Below are positions 50,859 through 59,893 of a DNA stretch of 64,000 nucleotides, in pieces. Under the pieces are notes generated by a model. The model saw only the letters and a list, made by a program, of their open reading frames with translations. It did no database searches and was not told where the DNA came from. How positions within the stretch are numbered: the first letter of the stretch is position 1; each line of letters starts with the position of its first letter. Made by a program: the position numbers and the translations under genes. The stretch is from an uncultured virus (IMG/VR IMGVR_UViG_3300042898_002828) (taxonomy: Duplodnaviria > Heunggongvirae > Uroviricota > Caudoviricetes > Crassvirales): the IMG/VR virus record IMGVR_UViG_3300042898_002828, one strand, 5' to 3'.

Positions 50859-51524
50859 TTAACCTTTTGACTTATTAGGAGTCTGAATACTATCATAAAA
50901 CCAATAATCTTCCCCCGCAACCTTTTCTAAACTAATCTTATTCTCTTTATACATACCTAACATATCAGTATGAAATCTTCCACCTACTTTACCAACACCA
51001 TGCTTAATACCTAAACAAATCATTTCCTTAGGTAAAAACGTTAACTTATTCTTAATATTAATCCATAAATGACTATCCGTATAAGGATAATCATCAGCAG
51101 GCCAACTAAAATCTAAATCCGCCTTAATTAACGTACTCATCATACTACTTCTTTTCTCATGACGAAAAACAAAATCCTTCCTTAGCCCCAAATGATAGTA
51201 AATAGTATAATTAGGCCCAAACAAATCAGGCCTACCTAATCTATCCCACTCAGAAACCATAACCTCAATATACCTAGGACTATACCAGTCATCACTTTCT
51301 ATAAACAAAATAACATCCAAGCCACAATTCCTAAGCTTATCATAACCATACCTATACCTAGGCGTTATATCACAATCATCACTAACAGGAGCATAATCAA
51401 CAACCTCTATAACCTCAGGTTTTAAAGTCTGCCTATCCATCATCCTATAATACTGTTCCATAAACAAAGGCCTATCACCTCTATCAGGAGTAATAACCCC
51501 AACCCTAATCTGTGTTACACTCAC
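50859..51524 (-). CDS. GT-A fold glycosyltransferase
   Basis: VGVITPDRGDR, ILFIESDDWYSPRYI; promoter TTG-N20-TATATTTG at 51590-51560. Confidence 0.6.
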   Translation of the reverse strand: MSVTQIRVGVITPDRGDRPLFMEQYYRMMDRQTLKPEVIEVVDYAPVSDDCDITPRYRYGYDKLRNCGLDVILFIESDDWYSPRYIEVMVSEWDRLGRPDLFGPNYTIYYHLGLRKDFVFRHEKRSSMMSTLIKADLDFSWPADDYPYTDSHLWINIKNKLTFLPKEMICLGIKHGVGKVGGRFHTDMLGMYKENKISLEKVAGEDYWFYDSIQTPNKSKG

Positions 51525-52540
51525 CAGTACAAATTATACAGTTACACTCATTCATGCCACAAATATAAATCTCACACACTTATATTGCAATCAATTAGAT
51601 AAAAAAGTAATGAGATAGATAGATGTGTGAGGTTGACCCCCCGTATTACAAACGTGGCCCGAAAATAAAAACCGATTTTTTTTGATCCGGGGGGGGTCTC
51701 GTTTTTAACTTTTACTGTGAAATTTTCAGCTTTTGCATTCCCGGGGGTTGTGCAGGTGCCACGGTCCTGTTGCTGGATGGTGTTTGTTGCGTTACATTCT
51801 GCAAAATAATTGCATAGAAGCATTTTAATAAATTATATATGTTACTCCTTATCTATGTAGGGGCAAAGGTAGATAATTGAACACGGGGCAAATAAACTAT
51901 ATCCTTTACCTTGTCTGTTGTTGTGTTGGATTGTTTTAATTTAATCCTACTTAACATAATGTAGATTATATAACTTTAACTGTTTGTTGTCGTTTGTTGG
52001 ATTTATTTTGTCTCCACCGTGTGGCGAAATTAGCTTATGCATATGTTCTGGGGTTTTTTGGGGTGGTTTGCATGGTCCCGGGGAGGGGTTAACCTCCCTT
52101 TAATCCCCTTTTAAACTTTCTTTTTTGCTCTGATCCTGAAAATATTAAATTTCTTTTTCTCTTTTTTTATTGGCTCCTATTGGGTTGTGGGTTTATTTTG
52201 CAAAAAATTATTTTTTTTATTTCCTTCTTTAGTCTTGTTATGTAGAACTATTCTAAATTGTTTTGTACATGTGGTTTTATTGGTAGTTTGGCACGGTATT
52301 AGCAAAGGTTTTTTTATGTCCTTTTTATTGGGTTTTTGATCTCTTTTTAGTCTTTGTTGGTTCCTTTGTTTTCAGGGGTTCCGGAGGTTATGTCTAGTAT
52401 TGTTTATTTTAGTGTATTATTTATTAGATTTTTAGAGTTTGGCACGGTTTGCTTGTTCCCTTTGTTTGCGGGGTTTGGCACGGTTTTTAATTTTTGGTAT
52501 TGGGTTTGTAATGTAAGTAGTACAATTAAACGAAAAACAA
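51525..52540. other. non-coding control region / possible genome end or replication terminus
   Basis: No credible ORF, strand-skew inversion, C6/G8 inverted tracts, divergent transcription. Confidence 0.6.
51949..51976 (-). other. dif-like XerC/XerD site
   Basis: - strand AAGTTATATAA-TCTACA-TTATGTTAAGT (11-6-11). Confidence 0.7.
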
Positions 52541-55500
52541 ATGGAACAGATTATTGAAGCCACCGTAAAAGAAGTTATTAGAATTTCGCATCTTATAGAA
52601 TCTAATACAGCAACTAAAAAAGATTTATTAAAACTTGCTATTCTTAGCGAATTTATTGAAAAAGTAAACAGGCATCTTATTTAATCAATAAACAGGCAAT
52701 TTAAACACAATTAAACAAACAATTAAATTATGAAAGTAAATTATTTAGCACCTAAACAAGCTTGGACCATCCAAGGCAAACAAATTGTTTTTCAGTCTTA
52801 TGATACTGTTGTATGTATTATTGAAAATTGGGAACATGGGAACCATCCAGTTATTAAGATAACGCCAGGACAGCCCCAAAGTCAAACCACGGCAAAGTAT
52901 TTAAACATGTTTTTAAAATTACATACACCTTTTAATAATTATAAAAACATATGAAAAATTTATCTTTTAACGGCACCTTATATGGGGAACGTTTGACCCT
53001 TAATCAAGTATCCAAAGCAACGGCCCGCAAACTTTATGAAGCGGGCCAGGCAGTCTACATCCAAAGCTCAAATTTTCACCCCTTCGGTGTTTGGAGCCAA
53101 GCGCACGAAATAGTAAAGGATGACGAACTACAAACCACGTTTGAAGCTATATGTAATAACTTTAGATATTACAACTGTAACAACGAGCAAGGCAAATATA
53201 TAACATTTTACAAAGCAAATTAAATATGAAAAATCAAATATCACAAGTCACCGGATACCCTTTTGTATCTCATGTAGATCAGAACCAAAGGCCTATTTTA
53301 AATAATCCTGCCGAATTTATTAAAAAGGTTTATTTATCTCCTTTTTATACCAATGCAGATAATATTTTCAAGTTTGGATACTATAAAAATATGGGTTATT
53401 TATTCGACCTCAAACCAATGTTAAAAAAGTATCTATTTAAACAGCACGGACGATGGGAGGAAATTTACGCACCTAATAAAACAGCAGTAAGAAAAGTAAT
53501 TTACGGTAAAATTAATAAAATAATTGAATTAAAATAAAATTATGACAAAAAAAGATAGAATAACACAGCTAGAATTAAATGAAAATTGGAAAATTTTTGT
53601 AGAATCTCAGGCCCTTAAAATTATGGAGGAATTATTAAAAAATTATGAATGTGGTTTTTATACTCCGCAAGAATTTGTGAACCTGAACCTGGAAACATTA
53701 AACAACGTAAAAAAACAATTTATAAAAATATCGTAATGGAAACAATATTAAAACAAATGAAACGAGGCCAGGAGGCCCGGGAACGTGAAACGACCAAACA
53801 AAGGTTAATAGGTGAATATGAGCAAAAATTAAATTATGCTTATGACTTCACCCCTCACAAAGTAGAATATTATAAAGAACTATTAAACCAAGCTAAAAAT
53901 TTATTCAAATGAGAAAAAAAGAAATAATACAGCATGTTTCACAGTATAAAAGTGAAATAAATAGAATCCTTTTAAAACAAGGGAAGGAGTATCAAATAGG
54001 TTTTAATTACCATGACTCTATAGACCTTTATTATTTTGGATCCAAAGATAAAAATATAATTAGGACCGTATACAATGCAAACAACGGCAAGGACCTATTA
54101 AAAGCAATTCAAATAATATATTACTCACAACAATGAAATACCAAATAATTTACAACAGCAACGACATCCAGGCAATTAAAAGCGCTGAGAGACAAAAAAC
54201 AATGTACGAAAATAAAGGATACAATTTAATAAATACTAAAATTTGTCCTAACGGCCTCGTTCAATTAACTTACTTAAAAAATTAAAATTATGACATACAC
54301 TAAAACAGCTTTTAAAAACTCAAAATTAACAATTATTCAAAAAATATATTTTAGGGAAAACGCCCTTTATTTTTTAGAATGGCAACAATACCATCAACTT
54401 ATTGAACTTAATAAAATAGTTTTGGCACCTTATTACAAAGGTATTTTAAGGGAGCAGGCGAAATATTGCCAGGATGTCCAAAATTTTAGAAATTTACACG
54501 ATGGGAAATGGCCCTATGAATATGAAAACAATATTTAGAACGATTATAAATAACAAAAGTCTTTTTTAATAGACAGTAGTTTAATATAAATTTGTATAAC
54601 AATTAAACACATAAAAACATGAACAAAAAATTTGAAATTATCGTAGAATCTTATTTTAACGGGAATATTTCTTGGGTAAAATCTGAAGTAAAAAAATTAT
54701 CTAAACAGGCCCGAAAGGAATTATTTATTTATTTCACGGATCTATACACAGATAAAAATCAAAATACTTTTTTCTTTAATCTAATTTAATTATGATACCT
54801 AATAAAAACCAAATTTTGACAACAAGGCAAAAAAGCACAAATATAGCCTTTAGAGATATAGCCGGAGGCTCGTTTCATGTTTATAGTTCACATCCTGAAT
54901 TACCACACATGCAACGAATATATAAGGCCCTAAAAGATTTAAAACATACGGGATGTATAAACATATACCTTCTGAAGAGAAACAAGCTAAGATTAATTAA
55001 AACAAAGGGATATTAAAAATAACAATTTAATCAAATAGAATTATGAAAAATTTAAAACAATTAACGGCAGAACTAAATCTATTCCAGTGTAACGACATAC
55101 CAGCACCATGGAAACAAAAACAGGTATTAAACGGATCAACGTTTGACTATTCAGATAAGGTATACAATGAATTTTATTTGCCTTCTGAGCTATTAAAAAA
55201 ATACGAACATGGTTTGTTCTGGGAATGTAAAAAACAGTATAAAAATATGGCTCCTGATGAAGTAGAACTTTATTATATTGAGCATTCAAGAATATTATTT
55301 TTAAGTCCCAAGGGAAACCTATTAAGACTGACAAAAAACAAACAAAATAAATATGATTTCCATCTTGATTGGTCCCACTATAGAGAAGTACAAAATATTT
55401 CACACTATAAACGCGAGGCAGCGATTAAAGAAAGTGGAATTGTGGAACCTAATTATATTGGAGTATTCACGGATAAAAAAATACTTGATTGGTGTAACTA

Positions 55501-57132
55501 TTGTGATGCAATGGCCGAAATAAACAAACAACTTGTTTTGGACTCAGCAGACAAAAATACTGAAATAGAAAAAGAGATCCAAAGTTTTATTGACTCGGTA
55601 AAGTGCCAAGTTCAAAGATGGGACAACAAAACAGATGTAACAACCGATTTTTTTCACGTTCGATTTACACATGACAAAGCAAGCCAATATTTAAGTAAAG
55701 CAGTAACCTTCACCGGGACATTAAAAGACATAACAAATTTAACCAATAAAAAATAATGAAAACAAAAATATCAATTTACGATTTTACCTTCACTCCTTCA
55801 GGATACGGACATTATAAAATAGTCTATGAAAGTCCCGCAACTGGTAAACAATGGAGCACAACTACAAACGATATGCCGTTAATAGATGCAACAAAAAACA
55901 GCGAATCTCCGAAAGTTAAAGACCTTAACACATTAAAAGAAATTTGTAAAAAATAAAATTATGAAACCAAAATACAAACCAACCAAAAAAAGAATCTACG
56001 AGAATAACCACTATGTTATAACTCTAGTAATTAATACCGGAGCTTATAAAGTGTCTCCCAAAGATAGTTTTAACGATAGTTATTTTAATACTTTAGATGA
56101 AGCAGCGAAGTACATCGGGACAACTTCCGACAATATAATGAATGCAGATAGTTTTACATCATGATAACAAGAAACGAAATTTTAGATCAGTTTGGGACCT
56201 TCTTTAAAGAATCAGACCAAACAACCGAGGATGCAACCATTAACATGCTAGACCTCGAGAGAATGAACGACAAGCAATTAACCCGTATTTATAACGCCTT
56301 TTTTAATTAAAACCATGAAACAAACATATAATATTCAAGACAGAGAAGCCGGAAACATAATTGTATCGGGCTTGACCCTTAAAAATGCACAAAACTTTTT
56401 AAGAGGTTATGAAGAAACAGACCGAGCAAACCACGAATTTACACCGAACTTTTACGAAATCGGGGAAGATGAAGAAATTGAAAAATCATATTTTGCCAAG
56501 TCCAAAAAAGAATATTACACTTTTCGAGCAACAGACAACGAAGATGCAAGGCACTGGATTATTAACCACCTTGACACGTCTCAAGAATGGAATTATGGAT
56601 TAGTTGTATATCCCTTACAAGAATCTTTTAATGTCTAAGGCCATGCTAACAAAGATAGAAATTAAGTTAATAGTTGAATCGTTGGAGATTCACGCGGGAG
56701 AATGTTTGGAAGCCTTAAAACACGCCCGAAAATTAAAGATAAGCGATAAGGCTATAGTATCAAAATACAAAAAGATTTACAAATTAATTGAAAAGCTATG
56801 ACAACAGAATTATTTAACATAATCAACACAACAACCGGAATAATATTGTGCTCAGGACTCACCCAAGACGAAGCAGAAGAAATGAAGCAAGAATATATTA
56901 ACCTGGACATCTTTAATTCAAACAAAGAAATTTATAAAATTATAAAATCATGAAAATTAGAAACACGCAAAGCGGGGGAGTAATGCTTCAGAGGAAACGT
57001 CAAAGTGAGTCATCATCCTTGTTTAAGGTTATAGATCCAAATGGGAACATTAGATATAAGATTGGCGATGAATTTTGGATTAAGCATTCAACAATCGGTC
57101 CAGGACTATTAAACGAACCAATTAAAGAATAA
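52541..57132 (+). other. cluster of ~20 small early hypothetical genes
   Basis: Densely packed + ORFs, e.g. 52541-52684, 52730-52954, 52951-53223, 53226-53537, 53542-53736, 53736-53912, 53909-54136, 54290-54538, 54619-54789, 54792-55016, 55043-55756, 55756-55956, 55961-56164, 56315-56638, 56798-56953, 56950-57132; A-rich leaders without Shine-Dalgarno. Confidence 0.7.
54533..54594 (+). promoter_or_regulatory. palindromic operator plus -7 promoter box
   Basis: ATTTAGAACGATTATAAAT, then TAAATTTG at 54587-54594. Confidence 0.6.
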
Positions 57133-57136
57133 AACC

Positions 57137-57568
57137 ATGACAGACGCAGAACAACTTAAAGAAGATAGGATGATTTTTGAATTAAAATGCCTCCTAGATA
57201 TTAAAGATTTTAAAATATTTCAAGACGAAGCAGAAAAAATATGGATTTTAGATAAGTTGAAAAAACATAATTTTAATGTCACTAAAACTGCTATTGAAAT
57301 TCGCATCCAGCGGAGCCATCTTTACAATAAAATCATCAAATACAAAATTCCAATAGATAGGAAACTAAAATACAGCTATTCAAATGGTAAATACATGGTA
57401 ATTTTCAATCCTAATGGGGATAGGTTTAATTTTATTATCAAAAATGAACCCGAACTAACGGAAACTATAAAAAGTGGCTTACAATTCGTTTATATACGAA
57501 AATCAAATTTAGCTTACATGGCCAAAAAAATATTCACCCGGATAGAAAATTTAACAAACGTCAATTAA
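57137..57568 (+). CDS. Fis/NtrC-type HTH protein
   Basis: EAEKIWILDKLKKHNFNVTKTAIEIRIQRSHLYNKIIKY. Confidence 0.75.
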   Translation: MTDAEQLKEDRMIFELKCLLDIKDFKIFQDEAEKIWILDKLKKHNFNVTKTAIEIRIQRSHLYNKIIKYKIPIDRKLKYSYSNGKYMVIFNPNGDRFNFIIKNEPELTETIKSGLQFVYIRKSNLAYMAKKIFTRIENLTNVN

Positions 57569-57583
57569 TTAATAAATGCATCT

Positions 57584-57644
57584 ATTTAGAATGATTTTAA
57601 ATAACTAAACCACTTGATTATTAAAATCAGAACAACGTATTTTG
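57584..57644 (+). promoter_or_regulatory. palindromic operator plus variant promoter
   Basis: ATTTAGAATGATTTTAAAT; TTG at 57614; TATTTTG ending 57644. Confidence 0.55.
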
Positions 57645-57660
57645 AACCAACAATTAAATT

Positions 57661-57930
57661 ATGAAAAAGACATTAGAACTAACATTATGCGAAAGTGAAG
57701 GAGTAAAGATTGAAGTATCTTGCGATGTGCTACGAATTGAAACTGACAATCCTGCTACACATCCCGATGACCCGAATCAAGCAACCATTACAGAGTATTG
57801 GTGTAAGACCATTAATAAATTAAAGATAAACGGTTTTGAGTTGGGAATTTACAACCATAAAACCTTAAAAGAAATTGAACGATTAGTGGAGGACCAGTTA
57901 GGATCTAACCCTGATTTATTTGAAGGATAG
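57661..57930 (+). CDS. hypothetical protein
   Basis: ORF downstream of promoter. Confidence 0.6.
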   Translation: MKKTLELTLCESEGVKIEVSCDVLRIETDNPATHPDDPNQATITEYWCKTINKLKINGFELGIYNHKTLKEIERLVEDQLGSNPDLFEG

Positions 57931-57940
57931 TATATAGCGT

Positions 57941-58525
57941 ACAATAATATGAGAAGTTGGGGGCTGTCGTGAGCAGTTGACAAAATGAGTCCTACCCCAC
58001 GGAGAAGATGCCGAAAATGACGGTTAAACATCGATTCCCCAATTTCTTATATTTATTGTTATAAAATCGTTTTAATGTTTTATAACGGCTGACGCTATAC
58101 GAAGGCAGGGGTTAAGATGCACTCCCTTTCAGCCTACCACAAATGATAAATAGATGCACACCGCTTGTATTAGCAGTAAAGCCCCTGCTTTTGTATAGCG
58201 TATGTTATAGGGCGTTTTAATTTAATTACAATGGAAAAGACTTACAGATTAGAATTTAATGAAAAACAACAAAACTTTCATTTAGACAACTTCACTCACG
58301 AAGAAGGAACGCACGGATGGTTTACGATTTTTGAGCATTGCACAGATATTGAGTTTAAAGTTTACGAGGCTTTTGTTAATCGTATCCCAAATAAAAAACT
58401 TACAAAAGAATACTTGCTAAAATGTGCAGTAGAAGTAAAATTATTTACTAATAATTTGTTGGAATACGGATTGGTTGTCGGTCGTTCTTAAATGCCCTAT
58501 AACTAATCGTTCAGTGTTATAAAAC
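57941..58525 (+). mobile_element. integron-like cassette array remnant (attC-like hairpins and core sites)
   Basis: Two long imperfect hairpins; GTTATAGGGC (58204) / GCCCTATAAC (58494) flank a gene; GTTTTATAAC (58077) / GTTATAAAAC (58516). Confidence 0.65.
58231..58491 (+). CDS. cassette-borne hypothetical protein
   Basis: Promoterless ORF bounded by core and inverse-core sites. Confidence 0.7.
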   Translation: MEKTYRLEFNEKQQNFHLDNFTHEEGTHGWFTIFEHCTDIEFKVYEAFVNRIPNKKLTKEYLLKCAVEVKLFTNNLLEYGLVVGRS

Positions 58526-58547
58526 TAAATATTAAACTTTTAAAAAT

Positions 58548-58682
58548 ATGCAAGTTACAATTAATTACAATTTGAAATGGCAGCTAAAAACAGCCCCGAA
58601 TTATCAGTTTACAGACAATGGAATCTGCATCAATACATTAAGAGGCAAGATAGTTAAAAAAGTAATATTGCAGCGTTACTAA
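58548..58682 (+). CDS. 44-aa ORF, possibly truncated
   Basis: MQVTINYNLKWQLKTAPNYQFTDNGICINTLRGKIVKKVILQRY*. Confidence 0.4.
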   Translation: MQVTINYNLKWQLKTAPNYQFTDNGICINTLRGKIVKKVILQRY

Positions 58683-58753
58683 CTTACACACCAATAACAC
58701 CGATACTTGGGTTAGATGATTACAATAGCACCCAAAAATTAGTAAATGCACCT

Positions 58754-58814
58754 ATTTAGAACGTTTCTAAATTACTTAAACCAACAAATAATTAAAACAA
58801 TATCTCTTAATTTG
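58754..58814 (+). promoter_or_regulatory. perfect palindromic operator plus variant promoter
   Basis: ATTTAGAA-CGT-TTCTAAAT; TAATTTG ending 58814. Confidence 0.6.
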
Positions 58815-58961
58815 AATAATGAAATTTAAAGCACTTAGGAAGTTCAGTAGGCAAGAGGTTGTGGGATACCTAAGTAAAATTAACAAAGTAAGAATTTATA
58901 CCATTGATGGGGTTGATTATACAATAACTGAATTTAAAAAACATTTTAATAATTTTGAAAT

Positions 58962-59135
58962 ATGACAAAGAAAGGAAAATATTTTTTTAGAGATATATCG
59001 CCAGGTACATACAATAAACACGAAGTTATTCCGGCCACTAGGGTTTGTTTTTGTTGCGGTAAATACGTGGAACCATTCAATATATTTTGTGATCCTTGTT
59101 ATGCAAAAAATAACCAACGAAGAACTAATAATTAA
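58962..59135 (+). CDS. small Zn-finger protein
   Basis: CFCC...CDPC; ATGA-coupled to ORF 58819-58965. Confidence 0.45.
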   Translation: MTKKGKYFFRDISPGTYNKHEVIPATRVCFCCGKYVEPFNIFCDPCYAKNNQRRTNN

Positions 59136-59139
59136 ATAA

Positions 59140-59391
59140 ATGAACATACAAAACATTTTTAAAAGTAAACCAAAATTTGAAACATGTACCTTGGCAATAG
59201 CCGACTACTTTAAAAGAAATGGTAGTTTAAGCCAGTTGGAGTGTTGCCAGTTATTCCTTAATTGGAATCTTCACAAAGTAGTGGACCGTCTAAAAAAACA
59301 CCACAATATGAATTTTGAGAAAACAAAAAAGCTTGTTAAAACCAGATACGGTAAAACAACTGAAATTGTAACCTATCACTTAATAAGATGA
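59140..59391 (+). CDS. winged HTH protein
   Basis: YFKRNGSLSQLEC..LF..WNLHKVVDRLKK...VKTRYG...TYHL. Confidence 0.6.
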   Translation: MNIQNIFKSKPKFETCTLAIADYFKRNGSLSQLECCQLFLNWNLHKVVDRLKKHHNMNFEKTKKLVKTRYGKTTEIVTYHLIR

Positions 59392-59579
59392 TTGAAGATT
59401 ATCCGTTATTTGCTGACTTTTGGAAGCTAACCAATAAAATTGGGAGAAAAGAGTTGATGGCAAAACGATGGCAGGTATTGCCACAATGGAAGAAGATTGA
59501 AGTTTTTAACAAAGCATTAAACGATAAAAATAAAAAGGGAGCAGAATTTTACCTAAACATAGGAAGATGGAAGAATTAG
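59388..59579 (+). CDS. small protein resembling initiator C-terminal domain
   Basis: FADFWKL..KIGRKELMAKRWQVL. Confidence 0.45.
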   Translation: MIEDYPLFADFWKLTNKIGRKELMAKRWQVLPQWKKIEVFNKALNDKNKKGAEFYLNIGRWKN

Positions 59580-59747
59580 AAAACATAAAATCAGAAATAG
59601 AAAGCATTAAAGATGAAATTGAAAATCTGTCCGACCAAATTAGAAGAGAACGTGACGGTTCTGTTGATAATCAACGAGATTTAATGAAAAAATCTATGGA
59701 GTTAAATTTAGCACGTAGAAAACTTGAATTTAAGCTAATGAGGTAAT

Positions 59748-59777
59748 TTGTTTTTGTAATAAGTTAAACTATATTTG
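59748..59777 (+). promoter_or_regulatory. Bacteroidota housekeeping-type promoter
   Basis: TTG-N19-TATATTTG. Confidence 0.75.
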
Positions 59778-59791
59778 TACCGCTCATCACG

Positions 59792-59893
59792 ATGAAAATC
59801 TTTAAAAATAAATCCCCATTCCTTACATTGCACTTTGCATATTCTATGCACGTGATGAGCCTTTGTATTGGATGGGGTTATTTTTATAAATGA
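59792..59893 (+). CDS. 33-aa leader peptide coupled to initiator
   Basis: MKIFKNKSPFLTLHFAYSMHVMSLCIGWGYFYK*; ATGA overlap with 59890. Confidence 0.45.
   Translation: MKIFKNKSPFLTLHFAYSMHVMSLCIGWGYFYK

Noticed and set aside
51514..51550. Direct repeat GTTACACTCA duplicating the GT start region
   Set aside because: Only 10 bp; the upstream copy gives a 5-codon ORF with no evident function
52078..52090. KOPS (GGGNAGGG) near the dif-like site
   Set aside because: CGGGAGGGG does not match the consensus
51572..52557. ORFs 51572-51823 (-) and 52354-52557 (+)
   Set aside because: Low-complexity products of the skewed non-coding region; they overlap regulatory motifs
57941..58213. Possible tRNA, CRISPR array or riboswitch
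   Set aside because: No cloverleaf/T-loop and no repeated direct repeats with spacers; better explained as attC-like hairpins, though an ncRNA is not excluded
58674..58718. Possible further attC remnant (GTTACTAAC...GTTAGAT)
   Set aside because: Cores are not complementary to neighbouring sites and there is no convincing stem
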